A DNA stretch of 64,000 nt from an uncultured Actinomycetes bacterium (GCA_963706005.1 CAVPLL010000010.1:162459-226458), one strand, 5' to 3'. Positions 19,576 through 30,419 are shown, numbered from the stretch's first letter. Notes: generated by a model from the sequence alone, not told the origin. Made by a program: numbers and translations.

Positions 19576-22500
19576 CTAGGCGATCCGCGTCCACTCGTAG
19601 GATCCGTAGATCTGTTGCAGCAGCTGCTCGAAGAACGCTCGATCACCGCACGGGACCGCGACGGTTTCGACGTCGCCCATCGTCAGCCGCGTCCCGCCGA
19701 GGGACCACCGCGCGGACACCTCCAGGCCGAAGCATCCAGGATCCTGCCGATCGGTGAGGGTGATCCGATCGCCCGACACCGTGTAGGTCCCGGACGTCTC
19801 CGTCGTGCCGCCGTCGGGTCGGTCTTGGTGGAGACGCCACTCGCCGTCGAAGATCGACAGCGTGTAGTCACCGACGTTCTCCTCGATCTCTCGCTTCGAG
19901 GATGCGCCCGCCAGGTCGGCGGGGGCGATCGTGACGCGGAAGGCCCCCTCGGGGCCCTCGGCCGAGGATGTTGACGTGGTCCCCGTGCCGTTCGGCGGCC
20001 CGATCTCGGGTGAAGCTGGACAACGAGCCACGTGGAGGTACTGACGACACTCGTCCCGGGTGAGACCGCGAGTGAGGCGCGTTCGAGCGAGCCGGATCAG
20101 GTCGTCGAGCTCGAGCGCGTACTCGCGAACCGTACCGTCCAGGCTCGACGTCGCGATCTCGGATCCAGCGGGACTGAACGCGACCCCGCTCAGGGCGTCC
20201 GTGGAGCCATACAGCGTGAGGATCTTCCGACCCGTCGCGGCAGCCCACAGCCCGGCCGTGCCGTCCTGGTCCGCAGTGGCGACGAGCGTCCCATCGGGGC
20301 TGAACGCCACGTCAGCGACGTTGCCTGCGTTGCCGGCGAGCGTGGCGACGTTCGCTCCCGACGGCATCGCCCAGAGTGCCGCGCCGTCCGCTCCCGACGT
20401 CGCGAGCGTGGTCCCGTCCGGGCTGAACGCGATCGCGCTGCCGTTGCTCGAGTGCGCCTCGAACCGGAGGACCTCCGTTCCCCTGGACACGTCCCAGACG
20501 TGCGCCGTGCCGATCCCGTTGATCCCCGCCAGGAGGGTTCCGTCCGGGCTGAACGACAGGCTCGTGATGTTGTTGATCTTCGCTGCGGGTTCGCCGAGGG
20601 TCGCGATCCGTGCCCCCGTGGACGCGTCCCATATGGCGACGGTGCCGCTCCCGTCGGTACCGGCGCCGAGGCCGCCCGCGATCAGCGAGCCGTCTGGGCT
20701 GTACGCCACGCTCTCGATCCAGTCCTCCTCGTCCAGCGTCATCTCCGCGATGACGTTGTCGGACGAGGCGTCGCGAACCAACGGATGGCCCGCTGTGACG
20801 AAGCGTCGCCCGTCCGGGCTGAAGACGGCTTCGTTCCACCCGCCCGACGAGGCGCTCCCCGATCTCCTCCCCCGAGGTCGCGTCCCACTGGCGGACGGCC
20901 AACCGCCCGTCCATCGCGATCAGGCGCGCGCCGTCCGGACTGTACGCGACGCTGTCGACGTTCGCCGGCGCCCCGATGGTCACCAGCTCGTGGCTGCCCG
21001 AAGGCGAGATATCCCACGCGCGAACCGTTCCGTCACTACTTCCCGTCAGGAGACGCGCACCATCGGGGGAGAATCGGATCTCGAAGATGGTGCCGGCGTG
21101 ACCACGGAGCACGAGCAGCTGCTCGCCGCTCCGGGCGTCCCAGATCCGTGCCGAGCCGTCGTCCCCGGCCGTGGCGAGCCGTTGCCCGTCGGGGCTGTAG
21201 GCGACCGCCCAGACCGGTCCGGTCTGCTCGTCCAGCTCCATCAGCTCGCGACCCGTCCGCGCGTCCCAGATCCTCGTCCCCCCATCGAAGTCCGATGTCG
21301 CGAAGTGACGATCATCGGGGCTGTAGGCGATGCCCAATGCCGAGTTGTCGAGCGTGAACACGCGATCCCCGGTCCGTACGTCCCAGACGACCGTCTTGCT
21401 GGGCCCGAAGTTCACGGTGGCGGCGACGCGGGTGCCGTCGGGGTTGAACGCCACGCTGAGGAACCCGGACCCGGGCACTCGCATCCTGCGCAGCTCCCGT
21501 CCGGTTCCGGCATCGAGGATCGACACGATCCCGTCCGATCCCACCACCGCGAGCAGGCTCCCGTCAGGGCTGAAGGCGAGGCTCGACGGGATCTCGGGCA
21601 TCCTGCCGAGGTTCACGGTCCACGCCTGCGTCCAGGAGCGCGTATCCCACACGACCACGGTCGAATCTCCCCAGATCGACGCGAGCCGCTCACCATCTGG
21701 GCTGAACGACGCATCGCCGAAGTCCGTGTTGGGCAGTGGCGGCAGCGTTTCGAGCCTGTCGCCCGTGACGGCATCGCGGACGATCAGTTCATTCGTGATC
21801 GGGCCGCCGGGGGGATCGGTTGGACCCTGCGTGACGAGCAGGCGTCCGTCGGGGCTCGATGCGAAGAAGCCGCCCCAGGAGATGTTGCGGAGCGCGAGGA
21901 CCTGGCGATCCGCCGACACGGCTCGGTGGAGCGCTTGCTCGGCCTCCTGGGTCGCGGACCCGTCTTCGTGCGTGGCGTCCACGGCTGCGAGGGCCAGGAG
22001 GATGCTGCGTTCGGGATCGATCTCCAGGTTCGTGATAGCTGCACCGGCCAGCTCGCGGGCGGTGGCGACGCGCGACTCGCGCTCGGCCCGGCTCCGCTGC
22101 TTCACCGCCACCACCGTGAGGGTCGAAGCGACGAGCGCTGCGGCCACTCCGAGCGCGACCAGTCCCCGCATCCGGCGGACGGACCGGCGCTCGAGTCCGA
22201 GTTCGCGGGCGACGCGCGTTTCCTCTTCGGCCCGCTCAACGTCTCGGAGTCGGACGCCTTCGTCCAGGTAGGCGCGGTCGTCGGCCGAGAGGGCGATCGT
22301 GGTGGTCTCGGCCCACGCGACGGTGCTCTCCAGCCGACCGCCGCGTAGCAGGAAGCTCTCGTCCCGGTCGCCCTGGATCCATTCCGATGCGGATACGGCG
22401 AGCCCGTTCCGGATCCGCAGGTCCTCGCGCGCCTCGTCGATCCAGCCTCCGAGCCGCGACCACGCGCGGAGGAGGGCCTCGTGCGCGATCTCGATCATCG

Positions 22501-25195
22501 GTTCGCGCGTCGAGGGATCGCGGTCGAACGACAGGAGGCGGTGCCGCCCGAAGGCCTCGATCACGGCGTCCATCGCTCGGCCGTCCAGGTGCGGAAGCTC
22601 CGAGCGGCGGACCCGGCGTCGGGTGTCCTCGGTGCCCTCACCGAGCGTCACGAGCCGCAGGAACAGCTGGCGGCAGGCGACGGCCCCGGCGTCGTCGAGC
22701 GCGTCGTACAGGTGCTCCGCACGGCGGGCGAGCGCCCCCGACACCCCCCCGATACGCCGGTACGCGTTGATCGTGAGTGAGGCGACATCCTCGCGATCGG
22801 CGAGCTCGGTCAACGCGTACTGCAGGAGCGGCAGCGCGCCCGGACGGTCGATCACGTCCGCGACCATCGCCGCGACGAGTCCCGGCTCGACGTCCAAGCC
22901 GACGCGCTCGGCCGGACCGACGATCGCGCGTTCGAGCTCTTCGGGGGACATCGGCGTGATCGCCTCCGTCCGGGCGGCGAGCAGGTCGCCGAAGCCGCGG
23001 ACCGATAGCGGTTGGTCGAAGAAGTCGGCTCGGAGCGTGGCGACGACGCGGACGCGGCTCGACGGGTCGGACGCCGCGACCCGGATGCTCTCCAGCACGT
23101 GCGTGCGTTCGGCGTCCGAGTCGACCATCGTGAAGAGCTCCTCGAGCTGATCGAGCACGATCAGCAGCTCGGCATCCGGATCCGGCAGGAGCCGGTCGAC
23201 CGCGCGGACGAGCCCGGACTCGTCGCGTTCCAGGTCATCCAGCAACGACGGCGGTGGGTCGACGCCCACGCCGAGCAGCGCCCGCTCGAGCTCTCGGAGG
23301 GGCTGGGACCCGGGGAGCAGGTCGATGACGTACCAGCGCTCGGAGCCGGGGATCACGCCTCGGCGGATCGCCGGCACGAGCCCCGCCCGGACCACGGACG
23401 ACTTCCCGGAGCCCGACGGGCCGACGACGCACAGGAACCGGGCGGCGCCGTTCTCGGCGAGCCGTTCGAGGAGCCGCCTCGTGAGAACCTCACGCCCGAA
23501 GAAGTCGGCGCTGTCGGGCTCGAGGAACGCCCGGAGTCCCTTGTACGGGTTGCGGATCTCGCCACGAGCGAGGACCCGTGCGGCGGAGCCCTCGATCGCG
23601 CCACGGTAGGCGGCGCAGAGCTCGAGCACGTGGGCGAACCTCGCCTGAGGATCCTTCGCGGTGGCGCGGGCGATCGCGACGTCGACGCCGGGCGCGATCT
23701 CCGGCCGCGACTCGCGGACCGAGGGCATCGGCTGGTGCAGGTGCTGGTCCAGCAGCACGTTCAGCGAGATACCGGGGAAGGGATGCTTCCCCGTGAGCAT
23801 CTCGTACAGCACGACACCGAGCGCGTAGATGTCCGAGCGTGCCGACGTCTGCTCGAGCCTGATCTGCTCGGGCGACAGGTACGCCGGCGTCCCCCGGATC
23901 ATCGTTCCCGCGGTCTGCTCGGGCGCGCCGGTCTCGAGCGCGATGCCGAAGTCGGACAGGTACGCGTTGCCCTGCTCGTCCAGCAGCACGTTGCCGGGCT
24001 TCACGTCGCGGTGCACGACGCCCTGGCTGTGAGCGGCGGCGAGCGCGGCGCCGATCTGATCCAGGAGGTCCGCCGCGCGCTCGGCCTCCAGCGGCCCGTC
24101 ATCGAGCACCGTCTCGAGGCTCCCGCCCCGCAGGTACCGCATGATCAGGTAGGCGGCGTTCGGCTCGCGCCAGTAGTCGTACAGGGGCACGATGTGCGGG
24201 TGCTCGAGGCGCGCCACGAGTTGCGCTTCGCGCTCGAACCGCCGCACGAAGTCCGGCTGGTTCGCGAGCTCCGAATGGATCGACTTGATCGCGACCTCGC
24301 GCTCGACCTGCGGTTGGATCGCCCGATACACGGAACCGAACGCTCCCTCTCCGATCTTCTCGAGCAGGCGGTAGCCGCGCAGCGGCTCCCCCGGGAGCTG
24401 GAGCGAGTCGTCCTGGCGGAGCACCCGCTCGTGGATGTCCTGGAGCTCCCGAGACGGGTCGATCCCGAGCTCGTCGGCCAGGAGCTCCCGCGCGCGGTCG
24501 AACGCCGCCAACGCCTCCGCCTGGCGGCCGGACCGGTACAGCGCGAGGATGAGCTGGCCCCACAGCCGCTCCCGCGTGGGGTGAGCGGCGGTCGCGGCCT
24601 CGAGCTCGGCGACCACCTCGAGGTGCTGGCCGAGGTCGAGCCTGGCCGCGATGCGTTCCTCCACGGCCACGAGGCGCAGCTCCTCGAGCCGTGCGATCTC
24701 GCCGAGGAGTGACGGCTCGAAGGCTAGGTCCGCGAGCGCCGGGCCGCGCCAGAGCTCGAGCGCCTCGTCGAGCACCTCGAGGGCCGCCTTCGGCTCCAGG
24801 CCGTCCTCGCTGGCCTCCTTCAGGAGCGTCTCGAATCGGAAGGCGTCGATCTCCTCCCGGTCGGCGTGGAACCGGTAGCCGGGCGCCTCGCCCTCGATGC
24901 GTTCCGATCCGAGCACTCCGCGCAGACGCGAGACGTAGGTCTGCAGGGTCGCCCGGGCGGTGTCCGGCGGCTCTTCGCCCCAGACCGCGTCGATCAGGTG
25001 ATCCATCGGCACGGTCCTGTTCGCCCGCAGGAGCAGGTGCGCGAGCACCAGCCGCTGCTTGGGGCCCCCGATGACGATCGGGCCGTCGTCCACGGAGGCG
25101 GCGAGGGGGCCGAGGAGCTGGTACCGCACCGCCGAACGGTACCTCCGAGCCTGCACGCGTGGAACCCCTTGTCCCCGTGCGTACGTCGTCGACAT
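19576..25195 (-). CDS. giant multidomain protein: OmpR/SARP-type wHTH + BTAD + Ser/Thr protein kinase + STAND P-loop NTPase + TM helix + WD40 propeller + C-terminal extra domain (apparent frameshift near 20780-20850)
   Basis: Start MSTTYARGQ... or MPAM (25195/25204). Kinase motifs GEGAFGSVYRA, VAIK, HRDVKPGNVLL, DFG. Walker A VVGPSGSGKSSVVRAG and Walker B LLIVLDQLEE. Hydrophobic helix LVALGVAAALVASTLTVVAV. Seven or more WD repeats continue in a second frame (track ORF 19576..20781). Confidence 0.65.
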
Positions 25196-25217
25196 GGCGG
25201 GCATCGTGAGCGAGGCC

Positions 25218-25312
25218 CCTTGCAAGACGCATGCAGAGCTCAGCCTGCAAGGGTGCCCGATCCATCGTCTGCGAGGCGATTGCAAGCCGGGCGCGGTCGC
25301 GATGCATGCGGG
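25218..25312. promoter_or_regulatory. divergent promoter with repeated TGCA-core motifs (ttgcaag x2, ctgcaag, atgcaga, gcatgc x2)
   Basis: Imperfect inverted repeat cccttgcaag...cctgcaaggg. Several repeat spacings are 11 or 22 bp. Confidence 0.35.
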
Positions 25313-25330
25313 TGAGCAGAACGTGCCCCC

Positions 25331-25909
25331 ATGCGAACCATCATCCGCATCGGCCTCGAGGTCGCGCTCGCCGCCGCAGTCGCGGCGTTCGGGTCGCTGC
25401 CCGAGGCCGCAGAGGCGTCGGTGGAGGTCCGGCCGGACGTCCTCCTCTACGGGGCGACCGCCGAGCAGATCGACCTCGGGCGCTGGGCCGTGCGCCGATT
25501 CGAGGCGGCCGGCCTGGAGACGCCGGACGTGGAGGTCCACTTCCAAGACGATGTGTCCGGATGCGGCGGGAACCTCGGTTTCGCGAAGGGCGGCCGGATC
25601 GACCTCTGCATGAGGCTCGTGCACGCGGGGGCGCGTCGGGCCCTGCTCCACGAGATGGGGCACATCTGGCTCGACGAGAACCTCGGGCCGGCCGTGCGGA
25701 CCCGCTTCCTTGAGCTCCGCGGCCTCTCCTCATGGAACTCCTGGGACGAACCGTGGAGGTTCCGGGGGTACGAGCAGGGCGCCGAGGTTCTGGCGTGGGC
25801 GCTCGGAGAGCGGACCATCACCCCGGCGATCCCGGACAACGAGCCCAAGAAGCTCGAGACGGCCTACCGGCTGCTCACCGGCGATCCTCCGCCGCCCGCC
25901 ATGGTGTGA
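25331..25909 (+). CDS. small HExxH (HEMGH) zincin-like protein with N-terminal signal peptide, copy 2
   Basis: 192 aa. N-terminus MRTIIRIGLEVALAAAVAAFGSLPEAAEA. Conserved Cys pair, HEMGH, and a downstream GYEQGAE glutamate. Confidence 0.6.
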   Translation: MRTIIRIGLEVALAAAVAAFGSLPEAAEASVEVRPDVLLYGATAEQIDLGRWAVRRFEAAGLETPDVEVHFQDDVSGCGGNLGFAKGGRIDLCMRLVHAGARRALLHEMGHIWLDENLGPAVRTRFLELRGLSSWNSWDEPWRFRGYEQGAEVLAWALGERTITPAIPDNEPKKLETAYRLLTGDPPPPAMV

Positions 25910-25915
25910 GCGTCA

Positions 25916-27520
25916 TCAGCCGTCGTCGGGCCAGCCAGCTTCGAGGCTGGTCAAGATCCGCGGATCGTCTCCGTCGAGCGGACCGAAACCGTTCTGAGCC
26001 GTGGCTTCTAGACGAAGGCGCTGGGGTCGGGCTGGGTCCCCGCGGGCCACCCGGGGTAGGTGTCGCCCGGGTACTCCGACGGTTTGCCGTAGCAGTGGTC
26101 GATCTGCGGGAGCGGCTTCGCGTCGGTGCGCGGGATTCCGTCCGAACGCGAACGCGTGCTCGAAGTTGTGGGTACGCTCGATCCGTTGGGTCAGGTACGG
26201 CAGGCCCCAGTTGTCCGAGATGAACTTCAGCGGGGTCGAGAACTCGGCCTCGGCGTCGTCGACGTAGCCCTTCCTCGCGTACGGGCTGATCAACAGGGTC
26301 GGTACACGGAACCCGAAGCCGATGTCGTCCACCTCAGGCGGCGGGACGTGGTCGTAGAACCCGCCCCACTCGTCCCACGTGACGAACAGCGCCGTGTGCT
26401 CCCAGTCGTCGCTCTGCATGATCGCGTTCACGACGCCGGTGAGCCAGTTGTGCGCGAAGCACGTGCTCTCGGGTGGGTGATCGGAGAGCTCGAACCGCGG
26501 CGTGACCCACGTGACCGCGGGGAGCCGCCCGGCGCGGATGTCGGCGGGCAGGCGGTCGACCGAACGGATCCGCTCGGGCCTCCACAGGTCGGAGTGGAAC
26601 ACGCCCGCGATGCCGTTCAACGCGTTCCAGAAGTACCCGGGTTGTCCGGGCTGGGCCGAGTAGTACGCCCAGGGGACGCCGGCCTCCTCGAGCTGTTCGG
26701 GAACGGTCTTGAAGGTGAAGCAGGAGTCGTGCTTGGTGAGGTTGCCCTGCTCGTCCTTCACGAGGACGAAGACGTTCTCGCCGACGGCGTCGCACCCCCA
26801 GCTCTTGAACGTTCGACCGTCCTGCATCGTGCGGACCTCGATGTTCTCCGGGTTGTCCAGCGCCCCGCCGGACTGCCCGGCCACGAAGAAGAAGTGGTTG
26901 GGGTAGGAGGGTCCACCCACGGAGCCGAAGAAGTTGTCGCAGAGCACGTAGTCGCGCGCCCACGCCCAGTAGTTCGGGATGGACGTGCCCTCGAACTGCG
27001 TGTACGCCCACGGGTCGCCGAACTGGCCGTTGCCGAACCCGTCGTACGTGCCGCCGTTCACGTCGTTCAGGTGCGCCGCGCGGTCGTGGGGGATGTCGCC
27101 GGGGAGCCAGTGCGGGCTCGAGGTGAGCGGGACCTCCTGCCCGAACTTCACGCCGACGGTCGCGCCGTTCGCGCCGGGGAACCGCCCGAACAGGTTGTCG
27201 AAGCTCCTGTTCTCCATCATCAGGTAGATCACGCGCTTGATCGGCCACTGCGTCTCGGTCGCCACGACCGACGCGGTGGCGCTCGGGCCGACGACCGGTT
27301 GCTTGCGGCCGCCGCCGGTGCACGCGTACATCGTCGCCCCCGCCAGTGCGAACGCGGACGTGCGCAGGAACGAGCGCCGCGAGAACAGGGGGGAATCGTC
27401 GTGGCCGAGACGCTGATACCGGGAACGGTCGTCGGGAGCGGGCGGGTCCGAGATCTGCACGGTTGCCCAAGCTATCAAGCGGGTCCGCGAACGATATCCT
27501 TCCTCGACCCCCAGACCCAT
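25916..27520 (-). CDS. Tat-secreted phosphoesterase family protein (phospholipase C / acid phosphatase type)
   Basis: SRRSFLRTSAFALAGA Tat motif. Phosphoesterase-family motifs (MENRSFDNLFG, DHPPE). The true start is probably internal (possibly GTG). Confidence 0.7.
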   Translation of the reverse strand: MGLGVEEGYRSRTRLIAWATVQISDPPAPDDRSRYQRLGHDDSPLFSRRSFLRTSAFALAGATMYACTGGGRKQPVVGPSATASVVATETQWPIKRVIYLMMENRSFDNLFGRFPGANGATVGVKFGQEVPLTSSPHWLPGDIPHDRAAHLNDVNGGTYDGFGNGQFGDPWAYTQFEGTSIPNYWAWARDYVLCDNFFGSVGGPSYPNHFFFVAGQSGGALDNPENIEVRTMQDGRTFKSWGCDAVGENVFVLVKDEQGNLTKHDSCFTFKTVPEQLEEAGVPWAYYSAQPGQPGYFWNALNGIAGVFHSDLWRPERIRSVDRLPADIRAGRLPAVTWVTPRFELSDHPPESTCFAHNWLTGVVNAIMQSDDWEHTALFVTWDEWGGFYDHVPPPEVDDIGFGFRVPTLLISPYARKGYVDDAEAEFSTPLKFISDNWGLPYLTQRIERTHNFEHAFAFGRNPAHRREAAPADRPLLRQTVGVPGRHLPRVARGDPARPQRLRLEATAQNGFGPLDGDDPRILTSLEAGWPDDG

Positions 27521-28187
27521 GCATCAGCACAGGTTCTCCACCGCGATCGCCGTGATGGGCGTCGTGCTCTCGCTCGTCGCATGCACCGGCGACGCGGAGC
27601 CCGACGCGCCGTCGACCACCCCCCCGGCGACACCTATCTCCGGGACCGGCCCGACGGCCTCGCCGACGCCGCCCGCCCTTCCCGAGGAGCCCCCCGCGAC
27701 GCACGGCCCGGCCGCGAGCGACTGCGTGAACGGGTGGGCGACGCCACAGCGAGGCTCCGACCGGTACGCCGAACCGCTCCGGGTGATCCGCAAGGTGACC
27801 GGCGTGCGTGGCCCGTTGGTGGTCGTGGACATGCGGTCGTTCGAGGGCCCCGAGTCTCCGCCCTCGGACAAGGGGTACCTGCTGGACATCCGCCGCTGGT
27901 ACGTGAAGGCGTTCGCGAAGGACGACCCGTCGTTCCAGGGAAGGTTCCTGGCGGAGTCCCGAACCTTCGGGACCGGCCTGGTCGCGGTCGCCCCCTACGA
28001 CACGGACGGCTTCCGCTCGCCGGACTGGGTGGGGTTCCAGTTCGACAGCGCGGACCCGTTGGCGCGTCCGTATCCGGGGTTGCCCGGCCGATGGGCGGGG
28101 ATCCCCTACGACTTCGTCGCCGGCGGCGCGGGGCTGCAGATCCCCGGACTGCCCGACGAGGTGGTCGGCTGCCTCTCAGCGACCTGA
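27519..28187 (+). CDS. lipoprotein of unknown function
   Basis: Signal peptide with lipobox LVAC, then a Pro/Thr-rich linker. 222 aa. Confidence 0.45.
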   Translation: MHQHRFSTAIAVMGVVLSLVACTGDAEPDAPSTTPPATPISGTGPTASPTPPALPEEPPATHGPAASDCVNGWATPQRGSDRYAEPLRVIRKVTGVRGPLVVVDMRSFEGPESPPSDKGYLLDIRRWYVKAFAKDDPSFQGRFLAESRTFGTGLVAVAPYDTDGFRSPDWVGFQFDSADPLARPYPGLPGRWAGIPYDFVAGGAGLQIPGLPDEVVGCLSAT

Positions 28188-28221
28188 TCAGCCGCCCGGG
28201 TGACGTCCGCCCGGACCCTGC

Positions 28222-29184
28222 TCAGCCGCCCGCGAGCACCGCGGCACCCACCGCGCCAGCGAGGTCGCCGAACTCGCTCGACAGCATCGCCGGGGGGCGG
28301 TCGGGTACGAAGAGCAGCGGGTGCATCTCCTTCTCGATCCGCTGGACGAAGTGGGTGCCGAGACGGTCGCCGAGCCCGCCGCCGATCACGATCGCTTCGA
28401 GTGCGAGCAGGTTCTGTACGGACGCGAGCCCCACGCCGAGCGCCCACACGGCATCGTCGACCAGCTCGTGCGCCATCCTGTCCTTCTTCTCGAGCGCCTC
28501 CGCCCAGACGCCGCTCGACAGGCGGGTGCGCCCCTTCTTCTCCATGATGTCGAACAGATCCGTCCTTTGGCCCTCCTTCACCAGGCGGCGAGCGTGCGCC
28601 TCCATCTGACCCCGGCCCGCGTAGGCCTCGAGGTGCCCGCGACGGCCGTCCGAGCAGACGCGGCCTCCCGGCTTCACGATCGTGTGGCCGATCTCCCCGG
28701 CCGCGCCCTGTCCCTCGTACAGCTTCCCGTCCACCACCAGGCCGCCACCGACACCGGTGCCGACCCATACGCCGAGGAGGTTCCGGTGGCCGCGTCCGGC
28801 GCCGCGCTTCCACTCGCCGAGGATCGCGACCCGCACGTCGTTGTCGAGCTTCACCGGGACGCCGCCGAGCGCCTCCGACACGATGGCGCCGAGCGGGACC
28901 GGTTCGGCAGCTTGGAACCCCGGCAGGTTCGGCGAGCTCGAGACCGTGCCGGCCTCCGTGTCGATCGCGCCGGGGACGCCCATCCCGACGGCGCGCAGGT
29001 CGGAGGGCTGTGCGCCCGCGTCGGCGAGCGCCTTCGCGACCGCGTCGCCGATCGCCGACGCGACGTCTTCGGCGCCCGTGAGCGGCGTCGCCAGGCGATG
29101 GCCGCCCGCCACCTTCTTCGCGCGCACCGCAGCCGACTGGATCTTCGTCCCGCCGACGTCGACGCCGACCGTGATGGTGCTCAC
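28222..29184 (-). CDS. ROK family sugar kinase (glucokinase-like)
   Basis: GVDVGGTKI ATP motif. ROK signature region and zinc-binding His/Cys cluster. GTG start preceded by AAGGAGGAG RBS. Upstream track extension rejected. Confidence 0.75.
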   Translation of the reverse strand: MSTITVGVDVGGTKIQSAAVRAKKVAGGHRLATPLTGAEDVASAIGDAVAKALADAGAQPSDLRAVGMGVPGAIDTEAGTVSSSPNLPGFQAAEPVPLGAIVSEALGGVPVKLDNDVRVAILGEWKRGAGRGHRNLLGVWVGTGVGGGLVVDGKLYEGQGAAGEIGHTIVKPGGRVCSDGRRGHLEAYAGRGQMEAHARRLVKEGQRTDLFDIMEKKGRTRLSSGVWAEALEKKDRMAHELVDDAVWALGVGLASVQNLLALEAIVIGGGLGDRLGTHFVQRIEKEMHPLLFVPDRPPAMLSSEFGDLAGAVGAAVLAGG

Positions 29185-29243
29185 CGGCTCCTCCTTCGAC
29201 GATGTACGCGGCCGGCCCGGGGCCGTTCCGGCAGCAGTATCGG

Positions 29244-30419
29244 TCAGGACGGCCATCCCGTATAGGCTCCGTGACCCCGCTTGCGGAGCTCGTTGCCGAT
29301 CACCATGCGCTGGATCTCGGAGGTCCCCTCCCAGATGCGATCGACGCGGAGCTCGCGCCACAAGCGTTCCACGGGCTGCTCGCGCATGTAGCCGCGGCCG
29401 CCGTGGATCTGCACCGCGGCGTCGGCGACCCGCCCCGCGGTCTCCGAGCACACGAGCTTGACGGCCGACGCGAGCGCGTGCACCTGCTTGCGCGAGGCCC
29501 CACCGCGCGCCGCCTGCCAGCCGACCCGGTAGAGCATCGACTTCGCCGCCATGATCTGGGCTGCCATGTCGACCAGCATGAACCCGATCGCCTGGAACCC
29601 GACGATAGGCTCGCCGAACTGCACGCGTCCGTTCGCGAACGCCAAGGCGAGGTCGAGCGCCCGGGTCGCGGCGCCCATCGTCCTCGCGCCGATCATGATC
29701 CGCTCCTCGACGAACCAGTCCTTGGTGAGCTCGTACCCGGAGCCGACTTCACCCAGCACCGCATCCTCGCCGACCCGGACGCCGTCGAAGGCGAAGATCG
29801 GGTGCTCGAACACGAACGTGTGGGAGTACTTCGGGGTGCGGACGAGCTCGACCCCGGGGAGGCCCTTGTCGACGAGGAACACCGTCGCCTTGGCCGGATC
29901 GCCGTCCACATGCGCGTGCACGAGGAAGAAGTCGGCGACGTCGCCGGACGTGACGTGCCACTTGGTCCCGTCGATCACCCAGCCGCTCCCGTCGCGCCGG
30001 GCGGTCGTCCGCACCATCGACGGATCCGAGCCGGCGTGCTCTTCGGTGATCGCGTACGCGTCGCGGCGCTCGCCGCGGCAGGCCGGCAGGAGGTACCGCT
30101 CCTTCTGTCCCGGCGTCGCCCGGGCGAGCGGGATCGATGGGCGCCAGGGGATGTCCCACAGCGCCCCGGTGGCCTTGCCCCACTGCTCCTCGATCAGGAT
30201 CTGCTGGAAGACGTCGAAGCCCTGACCGCCGTCCTCGCTCGCGTGGTTGATCGCGTTGAACCCGCCATCCAGCACGGCGCGGTGGGCGGCCGCGAGGCTC
30301 TGCGCGCTCAGCCCGTCGTTCTGCTCGCACTCGAGCTCGAGCGGGATCAGCACCTGTTCGGTGAACGCCTGGGCGCGCGTCTGCAGCGCGAGGTCGTCGG
30401 ATGACAGACGCATGTCCAC
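29244..30419 (-). CDS. acyl-CoA dehydrogenase
   Basis: 391 aa. YAITEEHAGSD, QIHGGRGY and ERLWRELRVDRIWEGTSEIQ. Confidence 0.85.
   Translation of the reverse strand: MDMRLSSDDLALQTRAQAFTEQVLIPLELECEQNDGLSAQSLAAAHRAVLDGGFNAINHASEDGGQGFDVFQQILIEEQWGKATGALWDIPWRPSIPLARATPGQKERYLLPACRGERRDAYAITEEHAGSDPSMVRTTARRDGSGWVIDGTKWHVTSGDVADFFLVHAHVDGDPAKATVFLVDKGLPGVELVRTPKYSHTFVFEHPIFAFDGVRVGEDAVLGEVGSGYELTKDWFVEERIMIGARTMGAATRALDLALAFANGRVQFGEPIVGFQAIGFMLVDMAAQIMAAKSMLYRVGWQAARGGASRKQVHALASAVKLVCSETAGRVADAAVQIHGGRGYMREQPVERLWRELRVDRIWEGTSEIQRMVIGNELRKRGHGAYTGWPS

Noticed and set aside
20060-22348. 762-aa plus-strand ORF inside the giant gene
   Set aside because: Antisense to a coherent run of WD40 repeats. 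Composition is Ser/Arg/Pro-rich without repeats.
27346-27520. Long N-terminal extension of the phosphoesterase before the Tat motif
   Set aside because: A 46-aa n-region before RR is unlikely. An internal (possibly GTG) start is more plausible, but the exact codon could not be fixed with confidence.
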